In this document: in pieces, positions 40,167 through 49,384 of the stretch
How positions within the stretch are numbered: the first letter of the stretch is position 1
How the letters are laid out: each line of letters opens with the position of its first letter
The notes under the pieces: generated by a model
The model's database searches: none
Seen by the model: the letters and a program-made list of their open reading frames with translations, nothing else
Told to the model about the DNA's origin: nothing
Assembly: GCA_000146465.1 (NCBI GenBank)
Contig: CP001945.1
Direction: 5' to 3' (one strand)
Length of the DNA: 64,000 nucleotides
Made by a program: the position numbers and the translations under genes

Positions 40167-40949
40167 ATGAGTGAGGCCTCAGTGATAGTTCACCCATTGG
40201 TGCTACTTTCTGCAGTCGACCACTACAAAAGAAAAGGGACCAAGAGAGTCGTTGGGATACTACTTGGGAGTGACGATGGAGAAGTTCACATTACGGAAAG
40301 CTTTGCTTGCATATTTGAGGAGGACGAGGATGGATGGTTTATAGACACTTCATACATAAGAAGTATGTTTGATCTGTTCTACAAAGTTAACCACAAGCTC
40401 AAAATAATAGGATGGTACCACACAGGACCAAAGATGTATGGGGATGACCTGGACATAACAAGGTCTCTGTCAAACTTTGTCGAAAATCCATTTCTTGCCA
40501 TCATCAATGTCCATCTTGGAGAAAATGATCTTCCAGTCCAGACATTCAGGTTAGACGAACAGGACGAATTTGTACATGTCGGATGCAGCATAGAAGCCGA
40601 AGAGGCTGAAGAGGTGGGAGTTGAGCATCTGATCAGGGACATCAGAGAGGAGGCAAGTGGGTCGATTGCATCCAGGATCAATGGAATAAAGGAGTCGCTA
40701 TTGGTTTACAAGGGGGTTCTTTCGGAGATAAGATCCTATCTTGAAGACGTGATAAGCAAGGACATCCATCCAAATCAGGAAATAATTGATCTCTGCCAGG
40801 AGATCATCAACTCAATTCCGAAGCTGGAGAAGCCTCTTGATGAGAACCTTTCCGACTGCTATGTTTCTGTGCTTGCAAAGACTGTGATTGCATTGAATGA
40901 TTTGAGAAGGAATAGACTTGAGAATGGAATCGAGATGGGTACGCCATAA
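40167..40949 (+). CDS. RPN8: 26S proteasome regulatory subunit RPN8 (PSMD7), MPN domain
   Basis: VIVHPLVLLSAVDHYKR...RVVGILLG...KIIGWYHTGPKMYGDD...AEEAEEVGVEHLIRDI aligns almost residue-for-residue with RPN8 (VVVHPLVLLSVVDHFNR...RVVGVLLG...RIVGWYHTGPKLHKND...AEEAEEVGVEHLLRDI). The track ORF starts on TTG; ATG at 40167, preceded by TTTAAATTTG...CCCCAA. Confidence 0.88.
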   Translation: MSEASVIVHPLVLLSAVDHYKRKGTKRVVGILLGSDDGEVHITESFACIFEEDEDGWFIDTSYIRSMFDLFYKVNHKLKIIGWYHTGPKMYGDDLDITRSLSNFVENPFLAIINVHLGENDLPVQTFRLDEQDEFVHVGCSIEAEEAEEVGVEHLIRDIREEASGSIASRINGIKESLLVYKGVLSEIRSYLEDVISKDIHPNQEIIDLCQEIINSIPKLEKPLDENLSDCYVSVLAKTVIALNDLRRNRLENGIEMGTP

Positions 40950-40981
40950 CTTTAATAAAACGTGTCACATTTCTGGCAGAA

Positions 40982-42106
40982 ATGTCTTCAAATCGGGCTA
41001 GGTTTTTTTGTAAATTTTTCTTTGGGGTATGCAGCATGGAGATTAGCCACATTGTTTTTCTGGATAATGGGGATACAAGCAAAGTTAACCAACAGGTGGT
41101 GTGTGGTAAGTATCTTGTATTCAACTCTCCTTGGGATGATTCTCAAGCAGACACTAAAATAAAAAGAGATGGAAGAACATTGGACATAGAGTCTAAAGAG
41201 ATAATCCTCAAGGTTGCCAGTGGAAAAATTGTTTACTTGGAGACTGTTTATCCTGTAAGTACCGGTGTTGAGTTTGTGGAGCTTATATCCCCACCCAATC
41301 CATATGATTTCTTTCTCCTGAGAAAGCACTTTCTTTCCAAGCTAACAGGAGTATGTCCCAGACCAATGGAGAAGGAAGTAACATATCCAAAGAAGAGGAG
41401 AATAGGATGTTTTATCATGCCGGTAATTCTGTGTATACTAAGAAAGCCTTTGGAGTATTTCCTTGTCAATATTCCTAGTCGCATCGTCGACTATATAATG
41501 AACTCCTCAGTCGAGGAAAAGCAAATCATAACGATAAAGACAACCTTGGGCGCCTATGTAAAATTCTTCACCACCATCCAGAGTCTATTTTTGAGGTTGG
41601 GGTTTCCAGTAGTATTTATTGATGGAATTTATATGATTCCAACAGCAGCTTGTTTATCAATATTTTCTCGCCTAGGTCTCTTCTTAGCAAAGCTGCTGGT
41701 AGAGTCCATTCATCTACTAAACAACAGTAGCTACAATCCCTTAAAAAAGCGGAGAGACTCAGTTGTCCTTAACACAGACCAAATATTCATGTCTGTACTG
41801 ATTTTCTCATTTCTTCTTTTGATCACATTCAATGTTGTGCATTTCTATGTTCTTTATATCTTTATGAACCTATGTCTAATAGCCTTGACAACTTTTAGCG
41901 ATTTTATAGATTTCGTGCTAATAGACATCTCGAAATTCCATACATACACTCTTTCAACAGATCACACCAAACACCGCCAAATCAAGCTCAAATACACCAA
42001 GGTCTCTATCTACCACAAAATCAAATTTGCAATTCAAGCAAGTCTTCTCTCTTCAAAGACGCTCAAAGACACTGTTCTAGCTAAATATCTGCTTGAAATA
42101 AAGTAG
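40982..42106 (+). CDS. Hypothetical polytopic membrane protein (possibly a GPI-anchor pathway component; not confident)
   Basis: 374 aa starting at ATG 40982. A soluble N-terminal third followed by 5-6 TM helices. No confident family. Confidence 0.45.
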   Translation: MSSNRARFFCKFFFGVCSMEISHIVFLDNGDTSKVNQQVVCGKYLVFNSPWDDSQADTKIKRDGRTLDIESKEIILKVASGKIVYLETVYPVSTGVEFVELISPPNPYDFFLLRKHFLSKLTGVCPRPMEKEVTYPKKRRIGCFIMPVILCILRKPLEYFLVNIPSRIVDYIMNSSVEEKQIITIKTTLGAYVKFFTTIQSLFLRLGFPVVFIDGIYMIPTAACLSIFSRLGLFLAKLLVESIHLLNNSSYNPLKKRRDSVVLNTDQIFMSVLIFSFLLLITFNVVHFYVLYIFMNLCLIALTTFSDFIDFVLIDISKFHTYTLSTDHTKHRQIKLKYTKVSIYHKIKFAIQASLLSSKTLKDTVLAKYLLEIK

Positions 42107-42161
42107 TCCTTTTTCATATTTCTCCATTCCAAGATATCCGAAATCAAAAATAAAGCTTTTA

Positions 42162-44042
42162 TTATGGAACAAATATTCTTTGTTGCATCTTCTCCCCATC
42201 TTTCCTGCAGTGTATTGCCTTTAAGATTTCGTCGTCCGATACTTTTCCCGCTAGAGAGGCATAGAACGACTCAAAATCTCCTTCTGAAATCGATATCAAA
42301 AGGCCCAGATTCAGGAGGTGAGTAAGCTTCTGGACCGCCTCTGCGCTCCCAAAGTTCTTGGCAAATTCCAGGACCCTAGAAACATACTCTACCATGTTTC
42401 TTGACTGTTGCTCATCAAATGTAAGGTGCAATATTCTACTGTATAAAGCAGAATAGAGATCACAAAGAATTCTGTTTATCAGGATCTTGGAGTTTTCTCC
42501 TCTTATCGACATTTCAGATGCCTCACTAATTTCCTTCTCTATAACTTCCAGAACTCTTTCACATCCCTCCAGATTCACAAAATTCTCCTGTTTGACTCGG
42601 ACTCCGATTCTCATGGCACATGTTTCTATTTGATCCTCAAATGCATCCTTGAGCTTCTTATTGATCTTATTTCTGAAGACCCCAAGCTTCTGGAATTTAT
42701 CTCCAAAGTATTTCCTTGTCACCAAGTAAATGAATTGAAGCAACTTTATCACTTCAAACTTGCTTTGCATCGAATCATAAACGCTAGTAACAAATCCATT
42801 AATCTTCCAGGAGAAAAAGTCTATAAGCTCATCTTCCTCTTCCTCGTTGTAGAACTTGTTACATCTCTCCAGGGCAAAGTTTATGGTGTTAAGGAGCTGC
42901 TTATACATGAAGATGTTACTGGAATCGTTCCCAACTTCCTCTCCAAGAATGATGTACTTGGTGTTGCAAGGCTTCCGAAGAACAAGAATTTCATAGATCT
43001 GGTCGAAAAAGGCTTTCTCCTTATCAACAGCAATTCTGGTATACTGCGAAATAAGATCTTCGGTGGCATGAGATTCATCGAAATCTGGGTCTATTGTCTC
43101 GATGAACGATCCGAGAATCTGAAGATTCCGGTGGCAACTTTCAAGCCCTAGAAGAAACGTGCAGGGACTTGTTCCCTTGAGATAGTCGCCCAATGCTGTA
43201 GAAATAATGTCGTCATATACCTTCTTGTGTATCATCTTATATACATCCTTTGTATTTACAAAGATATCCCCAAGATCCCTGAACTTGTCGTCATATGCAT
43301 CTCTAATCTTGCTTATCAACTCCACAAACGTGCTATGCTCAACTGCGTGGAAGTCAAGGTCTATGATCTTTTCTTCCTTGTTCTCCATTCTAACCGGCTC
43401 CTTAAACAGGTCCAAGGAATATATGTAGGAATGAACGAGAAAACTTTCCTTTCCCATTTCAAGTAATGAGTTATATGCGGACCTCATCATTGTCTTGTTG
43501 TTCTGCTTATTTCCTATTTCAAACACATCAAGCATCTTGTCTTCCATTGCCTTATTGTATTCTCGGAGCTTCTCGCAGTCTTCGGTCACCTTTGAGATGC
43601 TATACAAAAGAAAACATAGAAATCTCCAGTCCTCCTCGCTATCACTTGAGATAAGACTGTCAATCACATTGAAATTCCCCTTCTCAACCTCCATCAGATA
43701 CTTTACGGCTTTTTCCATTCTTTTGAGATGGTTGATCTTCTTGTTTTTTTCTAGCACGTCTCTTGACGGCCCAAGCGGCTCCAGAACTATCTGGCCTATC
43801 TCTTTGCTCAGATCGTCAATCTTGTCAAGCTTCAGTCCCTCCTGGACGGTACGAAGCTTTGTGTTGAGCTTTTCCCTCTTGAAAAACAAACCCTCTCTTA
43901 TGTTCTCAAGGTCTCCAACAAGCTCTACAAGATTGGTATGTGTCTGAAAAACATTGTCTTCTTTGATATCAACAGATTCCTCAACAAGACTTGTCAGATT
44001 GAATGACCCAGCTCTCAACTGGCTTACATGGACGCTTTTCAT
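42162..44042 (-). CDS. Large helical-bundle protein, tentatively an exocyst/CATCHR-type tethering subunit (Sec6/Sec10/Exo70-like)
   Basis: About 626 aa from ATG 44042 (track ORF starts on TTG). All-helical with N-terminal coiled-coil heptads. The family assignment is inferred and uncertain. Confidence 0.4.
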   Translation of the reverse strand: MKSVHVSQLRAGSFNLTSLVEESVDIKEDNVFQTHTNLVELVGDLENIREGLFFKREKLNTKLRTVQEGLKLDKIDDLSKEIGQIVLEPLGPSRDVLEKNKKINHLKRMEKAVKYLMEVEKGNFNVIDSLISSDSEEDWRFLCFLLYSISKVTEDCEKLREYNKAMEDKMLDVFEIGNKQNNKTMMRSAYNSLLEMGKESFLVHSYIYSLDLFKEPVRMENKEEKIIDLDFHAVEHSTFVELISKIRDAYDDKFRDLGDIFVNTKDVYKMIHKKVYDDIISTALGDYLKGTSPCTFLLGLESCHRNLQILGSFIETIDPDFDESHATEDLISQYTRIAVDKEKAFFDQIYEILVLRKPCNTKYIILGEEVGNDSSNIFMYKQLLNTINFALERCNKFYNEEEEDELIDFFSWKINGFVTSVYDSMQSKFEVIKLLQFIYLVTRKYFGDKFQKLGVFRNKINKKLKDAFEDQIETCAMRIGVRVKQENFVNLEGCERVLEVIEKEISEASEMSIRGENSKILINRILCDLYSALYSRILHLTFDEQQSRNMVEYVSRVLEFAKNFGSAEAVQKLTHLLNLGLLISISEGDFESFYASLAGKVSDDEILKAIHCRKDGEKMQQRIFVP

Positions 44043-44142
44043 CAGGGGAGACAACAAATCACGTAATCAAAGAGACCTGAGAGGACCGACCTCGAGTCCC
44101 AAAAGAAAGAAGAGTTAGTTCAAGATAATTTAATGATGGCGA

Positions 44143-44901
44143 TTAGAAACCATTCCACTCCTCGGTATTCTCTGCAGTTATTCCACCCAAAATCTCTTCT
44201 TTCCCAACGTTAAGAACCGTATTTGTTGTTTCAAGGAGCTGCTCTTCAATAAGCTGCTCAAGCTCGACACTGTCTCTAAAGAGGAAAAGCTCGACTTCCT
44301 TCATGTCTCGAGCAAGTTCCGCCCCGGTCTTCATGTAACTGATTAGTCTGGATAAGATAAAAAACCCGGCAGCAATAGCAGATGGCGACCTGTTGTTCAT
44401 GGGGATGGCAATGTCTACTCCCACCAGAGAGTTGTCTGCATTGACAAATGCAATGGTTGGAAGATTGCAGTATTGTGATTCCAAAATCGCCTGCTTATCG
44501 GCATATGTATCGGAAACAATCAGAATCCTCGGGTCATACATTCTTCTAACTTCCGAGTTTGTAAACGATCCGGGAATAAACCTTCCGGTTATTGGTGTTG
44601 CACCGACAGCCTCGCAGAACTTGACAACGGGCTTTCTTCCGAATGTCTTTGTAGATACCACGGCAATGCTAGAGGGATGCTTTATTCCACAAAAGGCCCG
44701 AGCTGCAATGATGAGTTTCTCCCACATTGCATTGATGTCAATAATACTAATCTTATCATGAGGCCTTGTGCCGTAAAGGTATCTAGCAAAGTTCTTGTTT
44801 GCGGAGGTTCCTCCAAGATGTGCCTGGCTAAGTATAAGCAACTTAACAAACTCCTCTGGAATTTTGATACTATCCGAGATTCTGGTGTTATCTTGCGGCA
44901 T
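44143..44901 (-). CDS. RPSA: 40S ribosomal protein SA (uS2)
   Basis: KLLILSQAHLGG...MWEKLIIAARAF...GATPITGRFIPGSFTN...NLPTIAFVNADNSLVGVDIAIPMNN matches uS2/RPSA. ATG candidates are 44934 and 44901; 44901 is preferred because it is preceded by a CCC motif. Confidence 0.85.
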   Translation of the reverse strand: MPQDNTRISDSIKIPEEFVKLLILSQAHLGGTSANKNFARYLYGTRPHDKISIIDINAMWEKLIIAARAFCGIKHPSSIAVVSTKTFGRKPVVKFCEAVGATPITGRFIPGSFTNSEVRRMYDPRILIVSDTYADKQAILESQYCNLPTIAFVNADNSLVGVDIAIPMNNRSPSAIAAGFFILSRLISYMKTGAELARDMKEVELFLFRDSVELEQLIEEQLLETTNTVLNVGKEEILGGITAENTEEWNGF

Positions 44902-45081
44902 TTCAAGGGTACAAATTTTTTCAGGATTATGCATTTAGCACGGAGCAAAGTAGAAACAGAAGCCCAGGGATTATTAGGAAGGAATTCTCTTTTCATGTGA
45001 TGTATTCCAACCTTCTTTTACAAAAAATTCCTGTAAGATATTGGGGCCAGATTGCAGGTGTTGAAATCAATTCTTTTAGGA

Positions 45082-45196
45082 CGAATTTATAGCCCCCGTA
45101 GCTCAGTCGGTTAGAGCGTGGTACTTATATGCTGGAAAGCTGTGCAATACTTGGTTTATACTGCTAAGATATGCCAAGGCCGCGGGTTCGAGTCCC
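45082..45196 (+). tRNA. tRNA-Ile (anticodon TAT) with a 41-nt intron at the canonical 37/38 position
   Basis: 5' exon GCCCCCGTAGCTCAGTCGGTTAGAGCGTGGTACTTATA, intron 45120-45160, 3' exon ATGCCAAGGCCGCGGGTTCGAGTCCCGCTGGGGGCA. Anticodon stem TGGTA/TGCCA, loop CTTATA|A. Eukaryotic tRNA-Ile(UAU) genes characteristically carry an intron. TTTT follows at 45200. Confidence 0.85.
45120..45160 (+). other. tRNA intron (41 nt) within tRNA-Ile(TAT)
   Basis: Inserted 1 nt 3' of the anticodon. Removing it restores the anticodon stem pairing. Confidence 0.8.
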
Positions 45197-45258
45197 GCTG
45201 GGGGCAGTTCTTTTCTTCTAATATTCTATAGTTTCTTTTAATTCCTTTGGCTTTCTTC

Positions 45259-46110
45259 CTAGAAGTAGATTCCTACCTTCCTGAACTCCAACAGAAGAGC
45301 AAGGAAGTCGTCAATGCTCATCTTGGCAGCCCGAGCCCCGTCAAGCTCTGCCCTGGACAAAACCTTTTCAAACACTTCCTCTGGCGTGGTGTTTTCAAAG
45401 CTAGGGTTTCCTTTTACCTTGCTGACCAAAGACGAATTCCTAAAGTTGGCCTTGAGAGTCTTGTTTTTTCTAAGAAAGCATATCTTCAGAAATCTGTCAA
45501 ACTCCTCGAGGTCTATTGGGGGCCTGGGAATCCGAGGCTCTATCCTTACAAAACTCGACTCGATCTTTGGTGGAGGCACAAAGCTGTTCTTGGACACCTT
45601 TAGAACATGATCCACCTGTGCAAGCATCTGTGCTCCAACAGATAGCCTACAGTACTCTGAACTTCCAGGCTTTGCCACCAGCCTGTCTGAAAACTCCCTC
45701 TGGAACATTATGAATGCACATTTGAAGTCATATTTTAGAAGCTTGAACATAAACGGGCTGCTGATTTGATATGGCAAGTTACTGATGCAAAGATCAAAAT
45801 GGGGGAAGTCATGCTTCAATGCATCCCCTACAAACAACTGGAACTTCTGAGCCATTCCAGGAGTGCCGTTAACTTTCTTTGCCAGCTCAGCTGCCAGCCT
45901 AGGGTCAATTTCATAGCATATCACCTTCTTTGCCTTCTGAAGTAACTTCATTGTCAAGTTTCCCGTCCCTCCCCCTATTTCTAGCACCGTGTCCGTTGGC
46001 TTAATCTTTGCCCTCTCTATTATTGTGTCGATTACTCCCATGTTCTTCAGTATATGCTGTCCATGCTGTTTATTGAACTTTGGATTTACCATTTGAACAC
46101 ACCCCACCAT
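45259..46110 (-). CDS. DIM1: 18S rRNA (adenine1779/1780-N6)-dimethyltransferase DIM1 (KsgA family)
   Basis: GQHILKN, VLEIGGGTGNLT (SAM-binding) and NLPYQISSP motifs; overall collinear with Dim1. The track ORF starts on TTG at 46158; ATG at 46110 is preceded by TTAAATTTTTATGC. Confidence 0.85.
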   Translation of the reverse strand: MVGCVQMVNPKFNKQHGQHILKNMGVIDTIIERAKIKPTDTVLEIGGGTGNLTMKLLQKAKKVICYEIDPRLAAELAKKVNGTPGMAQKFQLFVGDALKHDFPHFDLCISNLPYQISSPFMFKLLKYDFKCAFIMFQREFSDRLVAKPGSSEYCRLSVGAQMLAQVDHVLKVSKNSFVPPPKIESSFVRIEPRIPRPPIDLEEFDRFLKICFLRKNKTLKANFRNSSLVSKVKGNPSFENTTPEEVFEKVLSRAELDGARAAKMSIDDFLALLLEFRKVGIYF

Positions 46111-46138
46111 GCATAAAAATTTAACATTGTAGATGGAT

Positions 46139-46945
46139 TTAATCGCTGAGGTCTCCAAAGAAAACCCCCGATGGCGTTAGAACATACAAAGACTTTTCCC
46201 CACGGACAACCCAGCTTGCGTCTCTTGGGACTTCCACAGAGACTTCTCCAAAAAGATCTGTCACCATTCCACCAAATGCTATAAGATTGTCCCCGACAAC
46301 CCTAGAGCTTCCAATGTCTTTCTTGAAGAGGATCTTTGCTCTACAAGTATCGTACTTCAAAAGTAGATCTCCACTGGTTACAATGTACAAATATCCCTCG
46401 CGAGGTACTAACAGCTTTACAGTGTCAAAGACCTTCAGCACCAGAGAGGAATCTTTGTAGACATGCCCAAGGGGTGTGGCATGAAATATAGAATCTCCAC
46501 TGACCCAGAAGTCCTGAATAATTGAGTATCCATCTTTTTCTCTGCATATACTTTGATTCTTGAAGTACTTGATGTCCTCAAATGCCGACCCATACAGAAC
46601 CCCATCCCCTCCAAGAAAATGCATTCGTGTTCTGCCCATTATTACCTTTTTGACGCCTCTCCTCATCTCAGGTAAATTGACCACAACCTCCCTAGAAATT
46701 GCATCAAAAACAATAATCTTCGATGTTTTGAACACAAGATATATGTAATGCTCGTAGATCCCCATCTTCAATATGTCTCCATAGAATGTATACTCCTCGC
46801 CCGAGGATAAAGCAATCAATGTGCTTCTGTTCGTCAGGCAAAATACATTTCCATCATACACCACAAATTCCTTACAGTCTGATATTCCCCTTATTAGCCT
46901 GAAAGAAACATTAGGAACCTCTGCAAAGAGCTTTATACCTTCCAT
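46139..46945 (-). CDS. Hypothetical protein (268 aa), beta-rich and possibly propeller-like
   Basis: ATG at 46945. Repeated short beta-strand-like segments. No confident family. Confidence 0.45.
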   Translation of the reverse strand: MEGIKLFAEVPNVSFRLIRGISDCKEFVVYDGNVFCLTNRSTLIALSSGEEYTFYGDILKMGIYEHYIYLVFKTSKIIVFDAISREVVVNLPEMRRGVKKVIMGRTRMHFLGGDGVLYGSAFEDIKYFKNQSICREKDGYSIIQDFWVSGDSIFHATPLGHVYKDSSLVLKVFDTVKLLVPREGYLYIVTSGDLLLKYDTCRAKILFKKDIGSSRVVGDNLIAFGGMVTDLFGEVSVEVPRDASWVVRGEKSLYVLTPSGVFFGDLSD

Positions 46946-47040
46946 CCAAACTCACCTTCTTTTGGGGTAGTTCAAAACAATTCTTGAGGGCCGTCCAGTG
47001 GGAAAAAATCATGATGGTAGAGCGTCATTATATTTTATTT

Positions 47041-48708
47041 TCAACTAAACAATACTCCGTCTGAGAAATGATACACCTTGTCGAACTTATTTAACAGGTC
47101 CGAATTCCGCATTATCATTATAATAGTTTTGTCCGAGAGGTTCTTCATAATCATGTCAACTAATCTATTCTCAGACTCTTTATCCATGTGAGAAGTCACC
47201 TGGTCAAATATATATATAGATGCATCTTTGACAACTGTCCTCATCATACTGACCTTTTGTTTCTGTCCCCCACTCAGTCTGTTACCTCCATTTCCAACAA
47301 GGGTTTGATACCCTCCATCAAGGTTTTTAAATACCCCATCCAGCTCATACCTTTTACAGAATTCCACAATCTCCTCATCGCTCAAACGTGAGTTCCCATC
47401 CCTTATGTTGCCAATGACAGATTTGTTAAACAGCTGCGATTCTTGAGGCGAGTACGCTATCATCTTACGGAGCCCCTCTTTGCTCAAACCATTGAGCTCC
47501 ATACCGTCGATTTGAATGCTCCCAGAATAGTCAAGAAACCCAAGCAGAGCTCTAGCAAAAGAAGTCTTCCCCCCTCCGTTGTCTCCAGATATACCTATCT
47601 TCTCCCCCTTTCTTATGCACATGCTCACATTCCTTATCAGCTTCTTGCCTTCTATCGATATCTCCAACCCCTCAATTTTTATCTCTCTTTCTAAGTTCTC
47701 CTTGTAGTACCCGATTTCCTGTATGTCCTCCCTACTCGGCTCGCTTCTATTCTGTGCTATGTTTGTAAGATTCAATAGAATCATTCCAAAGCTGTTGCTT
47801 ATGTCGACACAATACATTCGAAGCTGGTTACTTAGTGAGAATATCAAGGTATAGTCTCGAAAGCCAATATTCTTCGTATCTCCATTTGAAAATCGAACAG
47901 TCATTATAAACATTGCTATGACAAACATATTCTCTCCAATAAAGTTTCCAACCTGCAACCAGCTCCAATATATCTTGGCATATTTTGTTTGGCCCTTCAT
48001 ACATTTGTACAGCTCGTTTGCCTCTAGCTCTTCGTTATTGTATGATTTTATAATGTCATAATTCAATATGCTGTTGTAGATTTTCCTATTCGACAGGTCA
48101 ATCTCCTTGTTCATCTTCAGTCTGATGATGTTTCGATAGTGGTTTAAGACGATGACACATACTCCATAGACAATCACAACTCCTGCCATGAGCAACCCAT
48201 AGCGATTCTCAATCCCACTTCGGATTTTAATCACCGTTATCAGTACACAGAACAGACTCATTATAAAGCACTTTATAATCGATTCCAAGACATCTCGTAG
48301 AGACAAGACCTTCCTATTCATGAATGAAATCATGTCTCCCACCCCTATCTTTTTGAAATCTAAAAACGACATGGATATATGCTCCCTATACAGATCTATA
48401 ATGTAGTCTCTACATATAGTTTCTATGTAGCTAGACATCACAAACAGAGAAACAAATCCAAACACATAGGAAGAAAGAGCTACTGCTAAATATACCTTGA
48501 TTTTTCCGTTCACAGCCTCTGTCTCATCAGCCTTCTCCTGGATTTCATTCAGAATTTCTGTAATGAATATTTCTCCATATCCTGCTACTAGTAATATTGC
48601 AATCACAGGAAGAATAATGACCCTAACAACCGGAGATCCAAGAATATATTTGAAAAGGATATCCCTTACTGCCGAGAGTTTGCTGGATCTCTTCATAACC
48701 TCTTTCAT
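47041..48708 (-). CDS. ABC half-transporter (TMD-NBD, ABCB-like)
   Basis: Six TM helices then an NBD with Walker A GDNGGGKTS, signature LSGGQKQKVSMMR, and Walker B IYIFDQVTSHMD. Confidence 0.85.
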   Translation of the reverse strand: MKEVMKRSSKLSAVRDILFKYILGSPVVRVIILPVIAILLVAGYGEIFITEILNEIQEKADETEAVNGKIKVYLAVALSSYVFGFVSLFVMSSYIETICRDYIIDLYREHISMSFLDFKKIGVGDMISFMNRKVLSLRDVLESIIKCFIMSLFCVLITVIKIRSGIENRYGLLMAGVVIVYGVCVIVLNHYRNIIRLKMNKEIDLSNRKIYNSILNYDIIKSYNNEELEANELYKCMKGQTKYAKIYWSWLQVGNFIGENMFVIAMFIMTVRFSNGDTKNIGFRDYTLIFSLSNQLRMYCVDISNSFGMILLNLTNIAQNRSEPSREDIQEIGYYKENLEREIKIEGLEISIEGKKLIRNVSMCIRKGEKIGISGDNGGGKTSFARALLGFLDYSGSIQIDGMELNGLSKEGLRKMIAYSPQESQLFNKSVIGNIRDGNSRLSDEEIVEFCKRYELDGVFKNLDGGYQTLVGNGGNRLSGGQKQKVSMMRTVVKDASIYIFDQVTSHMDKESENRLVDMIMKNLSDKTIIMIMRNSDLLNKFDKVYHFSDGVLFS

Positions 48709-48903
48709 TTCTGGGGTAGAATTTTCCTCTCCTTTTCGTCTATTGAGTCTCTAGTAGCTTGGGAGGTCTAAAATCCCATTCGAAATGGATTATTGGGTGA
48801 GCTTCACAAACGCAATGTTTGGATTGGCAGAAAAGGGGTGAAGGGCAGGCTTGAACTTGGAGATGGCCTGTAGTGGTGTTTACAGGATTTTCTGCCCCTT
48901 GGA

Positions 48904-49274
48904 ATGACAGTCGTGCAATACATCCTACTCAGGAGTGACTTGAGCTTTTCAAGAGGCGCAGTAATTGCCCAGGCCTGCCATTCAAGCGTCTATTCCATCG
49001 AAAAATACAGAAACCACCCAGACACAATAGAGTATCTAGAAAACATAGAATCTATGGCAAAGATAATTCTGAAGGTAAGTGGATGGATTAATTTTAGATT
49101 AAGGAAAAGGATGTGGAAGAGATAGCCGGATATCTTACTTCGAAAGGCATAGACCATACTGTTTGGATTGAAGATCCGGAAAGAATACCAACATGCATAT
49201 CTCTCAGGCCGTACAAAAGAAGCCATATACCTGATGTTGTTGATTATTTAGCAAGGTTTGGGCTATTCCGTTGA
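48904..49274 (+). CDS. PTH2: Peptidyl-tRNA hydrolase 2 (PTH2), two exons joined across a 23-nt spliceosomal intron (exon 1 48904-49074, exon 2 49098-49274)
   Basis: Exon 1 encodes YILLRSDLSFSRGAVIAQACHSSV (PTH2 motif D-L-x-M-x-x-GK-x-AAQ-x-x-HA). An in-frame stop follows, but intron GTAAGTGGATGGATTAATTTTAG (49075-49097) joins to an exon 2 encoding DVEEIAGYLTSKGIDHTVWIEDPERIPTCISLRPYKRSHIPDVVDYLARFGLFR, which aligns to the PTH2 C-terminus (DEETL..LL.HAK.LGL....I.DAGRTQIAPGS.TVLGIGP...ID.VTGHLKL). The spliced product is 115 aa. Confidence 0.75.
49075..49097 (+). other. Spliceosomal intron (23 nt) in PTH2: 5'ss GTAAGT, branch-like TTAAT, 3'ss TTTAG
   Basis: Seen directly in the sequence. Its length is not a multiple of 3 and its removal restores the PTH2 reading frame across the apparent stop. 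Confidence 0.7.
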
Positions 49275-49384
49275 TTACAACCTGAGGAGTCTCCCTTATT
49301 TATCTCCTTAGAGGCTCCTTTTACGATAAAGAAAGGGACATTGGAATGGCTCTATTTTAGGGCAAAAACAAATCCCCTGGAGTA

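Noticed and set aside
44682-44996. 104-aa minus-strand ORF overlapping the RPSA 5' end, and a 107-aa plus-strand ORF at 44677-45000
   Set aside because: These are alternative frames of the RPSA start region with no homology. RPSA itself is fully explained in its own frame.
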